From contig CAXHJY010000159.1 in NCBI GenBank assembly GCA_964016885.1, positions 140,936 through 204,935 of the forward strand: 64,000 bases of DNA. The letters run 5' to 3'. Positions within the stretch are counted from its first letter, which is position 1; the number at the start of each line of letters is the position of its first letter. Of this stretch, positions 36,633 to 50,329 are shown one piece after another. The stretch is from Eledone cirrhosa (Eukaryota). The notes under the pieces are model-generated. The model was not told the DNA's origin. It searched no databases and saw only the letters and a program-made list of their open reading frames with translations. The translations under genes were made by a program, and so were the position numbers.

Positions 36633-38470
36633 GGTGATAAATGTGTCCGGGATGATGCCGGTGTACTTAGTGTCACGAATGACCAGAAAAAGGAGGCCTG
36701 GAAATGTCATTATGAGAGACTGATGAATGTGGAGAACGAATGGGAGAGAGAGAAATTACTCTTGGTAGATCCGGCAGAGGGACCAGCTATTGAGATTGAC
36801 GAATATAGGGTCCAAGAGGCGATTAGGGAAATGAAAAATGGTAAGGCGGCCGGACCATCGGGAATAGTTGCTGAGATGCTGAAGGCATCAGGGGACATAG
36901 GCACTAAACTGGTTGCACGCATCATCAATCAGGCTATATATGGTGGTGTCATACCCAAAGACTGGTGCAGCAGTATTCTCATAAATTGCTACAAAGGTAA
37001 AGGGGATGCTTTGGAGAGGAGCAATTATAGGGGTATAAAACTGATAGATCAGGTTATGAAAGTGGCAGAAAGGATTTTAGCACAACTAATTAGAGAAAGG
37101 GTCAAACTAGATGAGATGCAGTTTGGTTTTGTGCCTGGGAAGAGTACAACAGATGCCCTCTTCTTGGTGAGACAAATGCAAGAGAGGTTCTTAGAGAAGA
37201 ATAAGCCACTATACTTAGCCTTTGTTGACCTAGAGAAGGCCTTTGATAGGGTACCCCGATCTGTCATCTGGTGGTCCCTAAGGAAGCTAGGTGTTGAGGA
37301 ATGGCTTGTGAGGACAGTGCAAACTTTGTACAGAGGTACTCTCAGTAAAGTCAGGGTAGGAATGGAGTTTAGTGAGGAATTCCAGATACAAGTAGGAGTA
37401 CATCAGGGTTCGGTCCTCAGCCCGCTCTTGTTCATTATAGTCCTCCAAGCCATAACAGAGGAGTTTAAGACTGGCTGTCCATGGGAACTTCTCTATGCTG
37501 ACGATCTGGCTCTTATAGCAGAATCAGTAGAGGAGCTAGAGAATAAATTCCGGCTATGGAAACAGCAGTTGGAAGCAAGAGGACTGAGAGTAAATCTAGC
37601 TAAGACAAAAGTGTTGATGAGTAGAAAAGAGGACAAAACCCTGATTCCGTCAGGGAAATGGCCATGTTCGATATGCAGAAAAGGAACTGGCATAAATTCT
37701 ATAAAATGCACACAATGCAGGTCCTGGGTACACAAGAGATGTAGCGGGATAGCAGGCAAACTAACAGGTAGGGAGAAATATGTATGCAGTAGATGTACAG
37801 GGAAATTAGACAGTAGAAGTCGCACTGATAGACACATTTTTCAAATGCGAGAGGGCGCTATAGAAGTGGTGGATAGCTTCCGGTACCTGGGAGATCAGAT
37901 TAGCATGGGAGGAGGGTGTTCCGAGGCCATAGTATCTAGAATAAGGACGGGTTGGAAGAAGTTTAGGGAGCTGCTTCCTCTGTTGACGAAGAAGGCCGGT
38001 TGTATGATGCCTGTGTGAGGAGCGCGATGCTGCATGGTAGTGAGACATGGGCAGCAACCGCAGAGGATATGCGACGTCTGGAGAGAAATGAGGCAAGCAT
38101 GCTCCGTTGGATGTGCAGTGTAAATGTGCGTGAACGACCCAGCATAAATGTGTTGAGAGAGAAACTGTGTCTGAGAGGGATAGAATGTAGTGTACGGGAG
38201 AGGAGACTGAGGTGGTATGGACATGTGATGCGCATGGAGGATGACCGATGGGTGAAGAAGTGCCAGGAAATGCCAGTTGAAGGAAGACGTGGTAGAGGTA
38301 GACCACGAAAAACATGGGCAGAGGTGGTGAGAACAGACCTCAGATCATTGAAGCTCACGGTGGAGATGACGAGGGACCGTGACGAGTGGAGAGATGCTGT
38401 GCTGAATAAGACCCGTCCCACCCTTGCAAGCAGGGAAAAGCGGACGTAAAATGATGATGATGATGATGAT
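36633..38470 (+). mobile_element. Young 5'-truncated RTE LINE (family A): RT domain, PHD finger, C-terminal domain, (GAT)n tail
   Basis: KAAGPSG, NYRGIKL, QFGF, AFVDLEKAFDRV, GVHQGSVLSPLLF, LLYADDL, FRYLG, HGSETW, LRWYGHV, GRPRKTW. One frameshift near 37996. Short gtatg duplication at both ends. Confidence 0.98.
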
Positions 38471-38990
38471 GTATGAGTAGCTGGATCTTCTCTCGCACTG
38501 TACTCTGCTAGTCATGGCAATATTTTGTCATCATCTTCATAAAGTTCCCACCACCTCATCACATGTCATCCTATGTCTCCCTCTTACTCAGATTCCCCCC
38601 ACTTTGAGTCCTCCATTTGCATCATATTCTCATACCAGCAGAAGGCGTCTCTCTTGTACACTACATCTAATTCCTTTTATATCCAGTTTTTCTCTGATCT
38701 CATTTGTGCTTAGTGATTTATCTATATTTAGAGGAGCATTCTTTCTAGTTTTCACATATCATCTGTATTTAAGGACCATGCCTTGCTACAGTGCAGCATT
38801 TCAGGAAATATTCAAGCATCATGCAATGTGCCTTTATTCTGAGATAACAGCTCCCTGAACTTTTCCAAACTGGTCTTATTTTGCCTACAATGCTTTTGAA
38901 TCCCTACCTTCTAGATCACAAAAGCTATCAATTACTTCTGGAGAGCCTTTTGGGGATTTGAAAGAATCTATTTCAGGGATGCTTTTACTG
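38471..38990 (-). mobile_element. Old antisense RTE 3' fragment into which the young RTE inserted
   Basis: Degenerate reverse-complement similarity to the RTE C-terminus. Its tail continues at 36590-36632. Confidence 0.65.
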
Positions 38991-39254
38991 CTTAATTCTT
39001 ATGTGCATCAGATGCATACAAAGTCTATCTTTTCCATTAGCTTGCCCATGGTCCCACTACACCTTGTATGTTCATGTTCTATACTTGGTAAATCATATCA
39101 AATTTCTAACTACTTCTTTTCTGTATATAATTTTATAATTTAACATGTCATGAGTAATTGTAACAAATTTTGACATAAAGAGACATATAAATTAAATAGA
39201 ATTTGTTAATAAAAATATATATTGATTAAAACATATATTAAAACATATACTAAC

Positions 39255-39326
39255 TGAAAATTCCTTTTCTAAAACATCTTTGACAGATTCCTTTTTGTAA
39301 TTAATTGGTCGATCACATCCAATAGA
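39255..39326 (-). CDS. PTGR3: PTGR3-like exon f: SIGCDRPINYKKESVKDVLEKEFS
   Basis: Acceptor ttttcttttcag, donor tca|gttagt, 72 nt. GCDRPINYK motif. Confidence 0.95.
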
Positions 39327-39809
39327 CTGAAAAGAAAAGTAACAAAGAAATAAATGTTTCTGTTATACAAATATAAAATGTCAAGAATTATATGGAATGA
39401 AAGCAACATTTATACAAAGAAAAAATTAAAATAATACATACTTCTGTATTGAAAATACAATCCTGAAATCAAAATAAATTGCTTGTGCAATCAGCTTCAC
39501 ACAAAAAAAAATTTTTTTTTTTTAAATTAATGGCAAATCTATGATTTTCTAGTTTGAAAATAAACTAAAAAAAAAACATCTTTTTATTTTTCAATTATTT
39601 AAAGAATTCAATAAAAAGAATTTTGAAAATTAAAAACTGAGAAATATGGTGGGTGTTCAGAAATTGGGTGATGTCATTAAGATTAAATATCTAAGAATCA
39701 CCCAGAAATACTTTCCACAAGAAAAGATGTTGAGAAAATTCAAATAAAATAAAATTTTCAATACTCCTTTATTTCAATATATCTTTTCTATTTTAAAATC
39801 AATCTTCAT

Positions 39810-41500
39810 CCCCATCATTATTTTTATGTCTATCCTTCCATGCTTGCATAGGTTAGATATGTCTACTCCAGCACAGTGTTTCACCACTTGTCTCAGTCAT
39901 ACAGCAACTCTTTCATGAGATTCAGAGTCCAGAAATCTACTTTGACCACTTTTTCCCAAGTCTTTCATAGTCCTCTTTTGCAGATTTCTTCCATTTTGAT
40001 CATTTAGTTCTTTACTCACCTCTCATTTGCCATAAGCATTACATGTAGTCTCCTCTCTTGCACATAAGATTTCTCTTTTACACAATTTTTTTCCAGTTCA
40101 TTTGTACTTCTATGTTCATGCGCACTAACACGACATATCCAGCTTAGTATACTTGCCTCTTTTCTTTCTAACTTTTGCATATATTTCACATTTAGTGCCC
40201 ATATTTCACAACCATGCAACATTGCACTTCATACACAAGTGTTATATATTTTCTCATCACTTGGAGAGAGAATACCTTTGTTGCCAGAAGCAGTTATGGC
40301 TGCCTAAACTTCTTTATGCCTTGTTCTTACAAGCTATTATGCTTCAGTAGCAGCTACCTTCACTGTTAATTAAGTCATCTAAATAAGGGTCATCTAAATA
40401 TTGACTATTTTTATAGGGCCTACTGAACATTTGAAAGAATTTATTTCACTGGTGCTTTTATCTACATATCAAATCTTTTTTTTTTTCTTTGTCAGCCTGC
40501 CTGTGATCCTACTACACCTCTTTTGTAGCCATAGTTTACATTGTGTACACCATATGGAATTCCTATTTCCTACTTTTTCTATGTATTAACCATTTAAAAT
40601 TTACATTACTCTATATATACTATCATATTTTCATGGTAAATGCTTTATCTCACATAATTATCTCACTTAATATCTAATCTGTGAGATTTTGATATTATAT
40701 ATTTTGAGAATAATACATTAACATCAGTATGAGTGGTCAGTTATGGCTGGTTTGAACAGAAAGAGGTGAGAGAATTCTGACCGGATACGGCTGATTTAAA
40801 TGCTAAAGAGTTATGCCTAACCACTTCTCAAATGGCAGTACACAATTATGTTCTTTCCTGCTAACTAAAATGTTTGTCTTTGTAAGATTTAATTTGTGGC
40901 CTCTTAAATCTAGTCTTTGCTTCTATATTTGAGAGATTCAGCTGTGAGAACTAGATCATTGTTTATTATAGCTGCATGGAGAACTGTAATAAACAAGAGA
41001 GAACTGAGAACCAAGCCCTGATAGACATCCACCAAGCATCTTCCTATTTGGTGATAGTGAATATAAATAAACCACTTTTTTTCCAACATCTTGATTTTCA
41101 CTGACTCACTGCTTTTAATCCAGAAACAGATCTTCATATCACAAAATGTTGTCAAGCCACTTTTTTCAGTTTCTTTCTGAGCTATGTATACCACATGCTT
41201 TGCTTCTCTTCTAACTACTTATATTCTTCCTTGCTGCCCACTTTTTCCAATCTTTTTATGGCTCTATTTTCTGTCTAACTGTTACTTTGTACCAGCAAAG
41301 GTTTTTATATGTGTCTTACAACAGGTTTACTCATAGAAGCTCCCAGTTGCTCTTTATTTCCTCCTCCTCCTCATCTTTGTCAAAGTGACACCTCAAAACT
41401 CTCAGGATCTATGTATAGCAGAAGGATCTTTCAGTTTCCATACCTACCTTTACCATATTGGTTTTTGTCTCAAAGCTCTTCCTTTAAAGTCATTAATTAC
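39810..41500 (-). mobile_element. Degenerate RTE LINE with MITE A inserted at 40586-40813
   Basis: ORFs MLHGCEIWAL...LERKEASILSWIC (40016..40222) and VYQGLVLSSLLF (40910..41194), plus a PHD remnant near 40500. Confidence 0.85.
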
Positions 41501-42139
41501 TAGTCTATGTTGAATGGTACATTTTTCACCAGAGAAAGGCTTGTATTCACAACTATCTGCCTATCATAATTTCTGATGATTATAAGTCTATCTGGTAATG
41601 TTTGTTAATGTCCCACATTAACAATATGCTCCACAGTTCAATTTGATGTGTGAAAACCAGTAAATTACTGAAAAACAAGTAAAGGTTGGCTTCAGGAAGA
41701 GTCTTTGACCATAGAAACCATGCCAAAGTGCTAAAAAAACCTCTACAATTGTATCAAAAACATGACAACTTACTTAGTGATAAAATACACCTAATACACA
41801 CTGCAAAGTGATTGGTGCAAAAACGAGTATCCAGCTGTAGAAATCATGCAAAACTTGAATGTCTATAAGTGAAACCTGACACAGAGAGGACAGTAGCTCC
41901 GATTAAGTACTGACTTGGTCTGTGACACTTATCCAACCTTGCCACCATGGAAGAATGGATGTTAAGCACCCAGCACACACTGTATATGTGATTGGCATTA
42001 GGAAGGGCATCCAGCCATAGAAATCTAGCCAGAAACAGTCTTATATGAGCAAGACATGGTCATCTGACCCAACTTGCCTCTAATGGGACAAACTCGTCTC
42101 ACCCATGCTAGTATGGAAAATAGACGTTAAATATATATA

Positions 42140-42209
<70 letters not shown>

Positions 42210-44168
42210 TGTGTTCTCTTTTCTATAAAAACAGAAATTTATTGAAACCCATATTAAAATTTATCTGAACATTTAATTTCCATTTTCTATTCTGGTCTTT
42301 AAAAGAATAGGACTTCCCAAGATACGTATTATAGAAAGTTATAACCTTTATAAACAAGGCAGTTGTAACATTTCCATATCAGCCATATATAATGCATTTG
42401 AAGTGAATACATTTTATATATCAGTCACAGTAGATAATTATGATGAAATGATTAATTTATTATATAGACTTTAACAAATGAGAGCTGTGGGATTATGTCA
42501 AGAAATATATTGAAGGTGATATAATTTGCCAATGTAAAAACTATGACATGCTATAAATCCTAAATTCATGAGAATAGCATTCAATTAATTATTTTTTCAT
42601 AACATATCATTCATCTAAAATATTATACTATTTTCCTTGCCTGGGGCTCTCAATTTTCCATGGAATGATAGGGATGCCATCATAACATACAGCACATCTT
42701 CAAAACCTAGCATCTAAACCTGAAAGAACCCATCCCCTTCCAGGTCTAACCATCCAATTTCTTCCAGAAAGAGAGAGAAAATACAGCAAGAAATAAAAGG
42801 AAAATCAACCCTAGCACTGAACTGGTACTTATGTATTGAACCGAAAAGGATAAAAGATAAAGCTAACTTCAGCTGGAATAGAACTTAGAGTGCAAAGACC
42901 TAGAATATATACTACAAGGAATTATATTCTATATTCTAATGTCTCTGCCAATTTACTGCCTAAAAGGATATGGTAACAATCCAAAGTAGATAATATATAG
43001 ATAATTGGTTCTCTTAGTAGGCTGAAGGTATTGATGCATTGTTAATTTGTTTGAAGTGTCACTGCCAATCCTGTACACCATACAGAACTGCTAGTCAAGA
43101 CTGAAATGCTTGAGGATACACTGATGTTATACTTGAAAAATTAAATAATTTGCATTATGTAGATAAGTTGAACACAATAAATCATAGTTACAATAATGTG
43201 TATCCCAGTTTCTAGAGTAGGCACACTGTAGCCTTGTATGTTGTAGGAGACAACTAAAAAAGTTGGCGTCAGGAAGTTCATCCAGTTATAAAACATTGTC
43301 TTCCAAACCCATGTGAGCATAGAAAAGTGGCCATAAAAAATAATGATGATGATGATGATGATGATGAGGGTAATGATGATGACAGTGATGATGATGATCA
43401 TATTACACCTAGGTTTTAAGAATTTGTTAATAACATTTCATGGCATGATGTGTATATCTTATGATAACAAAATTGAATTTGATTATTCATCTATGTTAGA
43501 GGCATAACAAAGGAGGTACAAAGAGATGCCGTTATGAAGAGGTGCAAAATTTCCTTTGGCCAGTTAGTGGTGTAAAAAGACTTTTGCTCTGAAAACTTGA
43601 GAACCCTTCCTATACCACTGATATGTGTATCATGGCGGTAGAAAAGGAAATGTGGTAGTGTTCAAATCAAGACAGAAAATGGAGAAAAACAGAACGTTAA
43701 TAAGTGGTGTTAGTGGGAGTTGAGAACATTCTAAAATGCCTCGTTACATGACCTGCTAGAAATAGCAGTCACAATTAAGTGTAATATTGTTTCTACTTTT
43801 GGCACAAGGCCAGCAATCACCCAGTACTAATATTAAACTCTTGTTGTTCTTTCTCCTTCACTCTCTCTATAATTTTCTTTCTTTCATCACCCCCCCCTCT
43901 CTCTCTCTTTCTCTCTCTCTCCCACTCAAATTGTTCCATGCATCTCTCCTTGTATCCTGTTTGTGACTCATTCTCTCTTATTCTCTCTATCTTTCTATCT
44001 ATCTATTTCTATTGCTCTCTCTCTCTCTCTATTTCTCAAACTTTTACACTCATCTTTTCCTACATTCCTGCTTGAGATTCATTCTCCCGTAATGTATCAC
44101 TCTCCCATCTTTTTTTGTCTCCTATATCACTCTTATATGTAAACAATTATATGTAAACTACTCAATAT

Positions 44169-44384
44169 TTAACCCTTTAGCATTTACATTAATCTATATT
44201 TACTATTATATTTTCATGGTAAATTCTTTACCTTACATAATATCGAGTCTATGAGATTTTGATATTATTTATTTTGAGAACAATACATTAACATCAATAT
44301 GAGCAGCCAGTTATAGCTGGTTTGAACAGAAATAGGTCAGAGAAATCTGGCCAGATACGGCCGGTTTTAATGCTAAAGGGTTAA
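44169..44384. mobile_element. MITE family A, forward
   Basis: TTAA ends, intact TIRs. Confidence 0.9.
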
Positions 44385-45799
44385 GATGTAACTATCTGGA
44401 AACAACCAAATCTTTCCAATTCTGCGCAGGCAACAACATTTTACTGAGTAAAACGTTATTTGCAGCTTTGATGACAATATCAGTTTCTCTACCCTTTGCA
44501 AAGAGTCCATCTAAAGTGTACATTGAAGGTAAAGTACATTATTAATTCATTGAAAAATAAACAACAAAATCAGACTTGATACCAAACTGCCCCTGGTTCT
44601 ACAATACTAATTTAGTTATTTAAAAGTGTTTTTATTCATCTTGAAACCTTCCATCATAATTTTATGTAAGAAACTGTGTTAAGCTATGCTCTAAATACCA
44701 TTTAGATAATATAACTTACGAAATCCTTTGAGATTCTTAATTATTTTCAAAATTATTTGAAAAACATAGATAATGTCTTCATTACAAATATGGTAGTGAA
44801 AGGATTAAAAGCAGTCATGGAAGATGGTAATTGTTTGTTTTGAGCCTTATCACTCTTGCTTAATAACAATATCAAACACCATACTCTTTGTGAAGATGTT
44901 AAAGGGTACATGTGAAACAACTGGGGAAATTTTTGTTTTTTATTCATAAGAGCATACATAATACAGGAGTATCAAACATACATGAGTAGAAATGAAGTAA
45001 TGTTGAATTGGTGACCATTAATGAATAGTACAATATGGCACTTCAGGTTCATTGCAAAGATGGTGCTGAAATTAATGTTCCTTTGTTCAATATATGCAGT
45101 TGAGTGCTGCTTCTATAAAGGAACATAGCTGTATTATATAGTAGTCAAACTGACAACAGCCACTGCAATGTTCTCTTTCCCATAATCAATCAAGAGCATG
45201 ACAGAAATAAGAAGCAAAAGAAATATTGTAAAAGAGAGAAAAGTAATGATACTTCAAGAAATTACAGAATGTAGTAGTAAGAAAATATCTGAAGAAAGTG
45301 AATGAGATAGAAAAATATAGCTGCAAAAAAATTGAGCATATGGGAGGAAGAAGAGAGAATGTAAATGTGATGAAATACGATTGCAGAAAATGAGAGGAAA
45401 TTATAGAAATACAAAAGCACAAGAAAATGAAAAATACAAAAAAAAATAAGATAAAAATAAAAATAGAGCACTACAGAGTGAAAAAAAAAAGATTTTTAAA
45501 AATAAACAGAATCTTGCAGAAAAATTCTGCAGAAAAAGTATGAACAAATGCAATGGCAAGATATTGCATTTAATTATGATCCTAATCATAATTATGCATC
45601 TGAAAAAATTGTATCCCCAGGCTCTATGTGCAAAACATGACAAGTGTTGTGCTAGAAAGTGGGACAAGGAATCATTAGGTATGGATAGTTCTAATAATAA
45701 GGTTCATTTGCCTCTAAATGAGCAATGTATGGTATGCCTCTCTTGTAGACACCACTCCGAAATAAAAAACAAGGACACTGAGCACCTTACTGCTGTAAT

Positions 45800-46145
45800 G
45801 GGGTAGTGCTAATGCCATGTCAAAAACACCCAGACCACTCTGCAAGGGGGTAATGCTGGTGCCATGAGGAAAAGCACCCAGTCTACTCTGTAAGGTTGCA
45901 GTGCCAGAGTCACTATAAAATGCTCCCGGTACACACTATAAAGTAGTTAGTGATAGGAAGGGTATTCAACCATAGACACTATGCTCCCAGTATAGGCTGT
46001 AAAGCTGTTGGCATTAGGAAGGGCATCCAGCTATAGACACCAAACCAAAACAAAGTGTATTAGCAGGACCTCATTACCAGACCAATCAGGCCTCAGCGCG
46101 CAAGAATTGTCTAACCCAAACAAGCATGGAAATGATGAGGATGAT
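45800..46145 (+). mobile_element. SINE/RTE-tail element with tandemly amplified ~45 bp cacccagtacactctgtaaag module
   Basis: 4-5 diverged repeats before ttaggaagggcatccagct. The same architecture occurs at 49715-50110. Confidence 0.65.
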
Positions 46146-46999
46146 CATCATCATCACCATCATCGTTTAACATCCATTTTTCCATGCTAGCATGGGTTAA
46201 ACGGGTTTTCCCGTTTGAAGCAAGTTAGGCAGGTGACTGTGTCTTGCTCACACAGAACTGTTTCTGGCTTGGTTTCTACAGCTGGATGCCTTTAGTGATG
46301 ATGATGATAATACATATATGCACATACAACTGAAGAAACTATACAGCATGGATTATAAATATATATGTTCACAGAGTTTAATAAACATATATTGAGTCGT
46401 GCAATGAAAGTAAGCCCCTTTATTAAATCACGGGGTTATCAGCATCATGGAATTAAGAGCAAACTGACAAGTTTTGTCTTTCATTAAAGGTTCATCAGGG
46501 ATTGTTTATAAAATGCCAAAAGAAAGTAGCATAAAGCTACTTATTAAAATGTAAAGAATATTATGCCAAGCATAACAAAATTTGTATTAATGATACATGA
46601 TTCATCAAATATTTTCAACTGAAAAATTATTTTCTAAGAACTTAATAGAGAATTTCAATTACATCAATGATTTTGTTTCTATTGAAGTTTTCAAAAGTGG
46701 ATCTGACATTTTGGACTCTATAATGATAATTACTGAAATACTGAAATAATGATTTTGGATGTTGTAAAAAATTGTCATTTATAATCATAGATATCATTGA
46801 GAAAAGAGCCATTACTGAGTAATTAGATAAATGTATATATATACACATTGTGCAGTAGAGAAGAGCAACATAAAGATGGCAGGCTGTAAACACATAGGTT
46901 TAGAAATAATTCACTTAACTATAAAATCAATAAACATAACTGGAGATCAACCAGCTAGTGATCAAAAGAAAATGCTGACTAATCTATATGGAATCATAG

Positions 47000-47370
47000 A
47001 TTGGATTGTAATAAAAGCAAAACACTAAAAGGACAAGTTTTAAAGAGTTGTCCTCTCATAGTTTCAGACGAGTGTACAATGGCCAACAAAAGAGTTTTGG
47101 AGGTTATAGACCTAAGCTCATAAGATTTTCAAGATTCTAAAGTATTAATGCGTGAAGTTGCCACTAAGCTACCAGGAGAATTTTGCCAAACTTTGTTTGT
47201 AATTCCAAAGAGCACTAGAGTAGATGAGCCACTAACTTACTTGAATTCATCTTATTTGTAGTGACACATTAGAAAGTTGAGCCTAAGTAAGAATATGACA
47301 GCCACCCTTTTGGGTGACGTTTTTGAAAAATTTGATCAAAATTTATTGAAAACTGGAGAAGACAGAGCAC
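47000..47370 (+). mobile_element. Helitron RepHel remnant (PIF1-type helicase region), pseudogenised
   Basis: Translates IVSDECTMANKRVLEVID...LPGEFCQTLFVIPKSTRVDE...LNSSYL**HIRKLSLSKNM...LLKTGE. This matches Helitron WDECTM, GDFRQTLPVIP, LKSSYLW and LTTNMR motifs. Confidence 0.85.
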
Positions 47371-47589
47371 ATCTTGATAAAAATAATTGTTTAGGTTGGT
47401 TTCAAAATGGTTAGTACAGTTAGCGGCAAAGAGATTCACAACTAGAACTTAGGATGAATATCTATGATCAAGTTTTCATCATCTTTTTTTTTTGTCCTTG
47501 TTGTTGCCAACACTATCATTGTCATCTTTTTCTTTTTTTTTCTTTTACTTTTTCTTCTTCTTTGCCCATTTATTTTTGAGTGAGTTGTG

Positions 47590-48020
47590 AGAGCAGAGTC
47601 TTCAGATATACCTTCTTGAGGGTCCTATCAGAAACAACCATTTCCAAATGATCTGACTAGATCCCCAAGCACGACCAACAAAGCTTATGGATGATATCCA
47701 ATCATCTTGCTTGTGGTCTACCTCTGGATCTCCTGCCAATTGACATCGCCCATAAAATCTGTCTGAGACATTCTTAGACATTCCAGCCACATGTCTGTAG
47801 TATTGGATCTGTGATTGCTTGATGCAAAGAAATAGAATTTTAACCTAGAGCAAGCACCTGATCTCTAAGCTATGTACCCTAACACATAATGTTACTCCAA
47901 AAACCCTTCAACGGAACCCCATTTCAGCACGTATTTACAATTGTATTCTTTCAGTCATGACCTTAGGTAAGGATAGGCGTGAACACTGAACTGAAGATAG
48001 CAAGTTTGGCTTTTACACTA
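47590..48020 (-). mobile_element. Old RTE-clade 3' fragment of a different subfamily
   Basis: Reverse strand shows a degenerate GRRPRGRP..RW-type region (ggcaggagatccagaggtagacc). Confidence 0.55.
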
Positions 48021-48127
48021 ATGCAAGTGAAGAAAGCTTATTAAAGTTTTTATTGTTAAAAGTCTTGATAAAGTATCTCCACTTGCATTATTGTATATAA
48101 CATTTCTGCTACATATTTAGAACCTAC

Positions 48128-48202
48128 CTTTAGAAATTCAACCTTTTCATCAGATGAACATGTTCCAATTACTTTGCAGCCAAGATGTTTTGCCCATTGT
48201 AC
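48128..48202 (-). CDS. PTGR3: PTGR3-like exon e: VQWAKHLGCKVIGTCSSDEKVEFLK
   Basis: Acceptor atttttag, donor aag|gtaggt, 75 nt. The VIGTCSSDEK motif is as in PTGR3. Confidence 0.96.
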
Positions 48203-48342
48203 CTAAAAATTAAGAAGAAAAAAATTATCAACATTGTAATTTTTATTGAAAAAAAGAGCGCCCAGTAAATGAGTTAAAGTTTATCTAGAAAGCACTCTTT
48301 AATTCACTCTTTTATTATTCAGAGTTTCACACACATGCATGC

Positions 48343-48415
<73 letters not shown>

Positions 48416-49287
48416 TGTAGGTATGTGATCTTTCAAACAATATTATTGACATAGATATGCTAAGTGTCTCTGAGTAAAACTGAGTAATAATGGAGAGAAT
48501 AACACCTCTGTGTACAATGTTCCAACACAAGGATGTGGAGAAGTTATCACAATGAAAAAACTTGCAGAACACAGAGACATGGTAACCTCCAAATTGATTT
48601 TATGTATTTGTTCAGACAGTTATCTTCACAAATCAAATGTCTCATTAAATTATTGTACTTGATAACATTTTTTTTAAAGTTTTTACTATCACCAGTTATT
48701 TGTTCTTATTTGATAAAACATACAATTTCAAAGTCATTAATATAACAATGCACCTTTGAACTAAATCTAGACTGTCTTTACAATAGAACTTGCCAGCCTT
48801 ACTAGAATTAGTACTCAAATCTCCCTAATTGAACCCTGACACCTTAGAAAATGTGAAAGATAATTACCTAGATAAAATAGAATGGTTAAAACAGACTTTT
48901 TTTAATCATAAACCTGCTTTGTCAAGGTTGCACTGAGGTTAAATAAGAACATTAGATACACTGTATAATTGTGAAGTATGAATTCATAAATTGTAAAGAT
49001 CATGAATGTAAATAGAATAACTAATCTTTTTGTTTGAAATAAAACCTAAAACACTATAAATAATAAGAGGGTGTTGTTGTTGCCAGCTAAAGAGACTGAA
49101 GCAATGTGAAATAAAGTGTCTTGCTCAAAAACACATTGCGCTTCAAGGAATCAAACAGATGACCGTACAATCACAAGCTGAACACCTTAACCACGAAGCC
49201 ACACCCATTGACAATAATAATGTATATAACTGACTAATACATTACATGCATTTTAAAAAGCAGATCTCAAAATAGAAGAATACTTAC

Positions 49288-49316
49288 AGCAAATTGTCCA
49301 GTACCACCAGCAGCAG
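49288..49316 (-). CDS. PTGR3: PTGR3-like micro-exon d (29 nt): (A)AAGGTGQFA
   Basis: Acceptor caattaag, donor gct|gtaagt, phase 1 to 0. Encodes the nucleotide-binding AAGGTG loop of zinc-independent MDRs. Confidence 0.93.
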
Positions 49317-49489
49317 CTTAATTGAAATATATAATGAAAATAAAAGTCATAAAATTCTAAGTGAAGTGGAAATATTTAAAATGTGACTGTTATTTATTTT
49401 GTTTTTTGGCTGCCTTATATCTTTTTTATCCATGGTATATTATACTAACTTTGATCACAATATAGTTGATAATTTTTGGAGATAGCACT

Positions 49490-50256
49490 TTAACCCTTTG
49501 GTGTCCATATTTCTAATGACATACACCATATTTTGATTCATTAATTAATGAAGAATTTGGAGGGATTGACTAAAATTATTCATTATTTTATTATAATTCA
49601 CTCTCGTTCACTATACCTTACTGCCCACAAAACTGGGGCAGCTAGGGATCTGTCAATATAAGGAATGCTACTCTATCATACTCTCATCTCTATTCTTCTT
49701 TACTGTCTGCTCTAGTTTTGGTGCCATACATGATAAAATGCATCTAGTACACTCTGCTAAGTATTACTACTGGTGTCACAATAAAATACACCCACTTCAC
49801 CCTGTAAAGTTGTAGTGCAGATGTCACAATAAAATGCACCTAGTGCACTCTGAAAGATGATAGTGTTGGTTCCATGATAAAATGCACTCAGTACATCTTG
49901 TAAAGTGCTAGTGCTGACACCACGATAAAATGCACCATAACACTCTGTAGAGTGGTTGGCAATAGGAAGAGCATCAAGCCATAGAAATCATGCCTTAATA
50001 GAACATATGGGCATAGCATGGTCCTCAGATCCATCTAGTCTAGTATTTGACAACCTATACAAGGATGGAAAATGGATGAAAAAAACAATGGTGATGATAA
50101 TGATGATGAAAAATAGTGTTTGTAACATAACTTAATAAAAGGTTCTTATATCAAATTATATTGGAAGATTTTAATTTAAATAGGAACCCTTTAAAATGGG
50201 TGATTTTGTTTCATATAACTAGAGGCAGTTTGGGGAAGGTTGGTATCAAAATATTA
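49490..50256. mobile_element. MITE B (reverse) interrupted by a SINE with tandem ~47 bp modules (about 49600-50110)
   Basis: ttaaccctttg left end; B body resumes at 50113 and runs to ggtatcaaaatattaa. Confidence 0.7.
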
Positions 50257-50329
50257 AGTGTATTCACTTAACATTTTGATACCAACCTTCCCCAAATTGC
50301 TTCTAGTTATATGAAACCAAATCACCCAT
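50196..50329. repeat. 65 bp inverted repeat with 4 nt loop (head-to-head duplicate of a MITE B end)
   Basis: Arms 50196-50260 and 50265-50329 with 4 mismatches. Confidence 0.95.
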
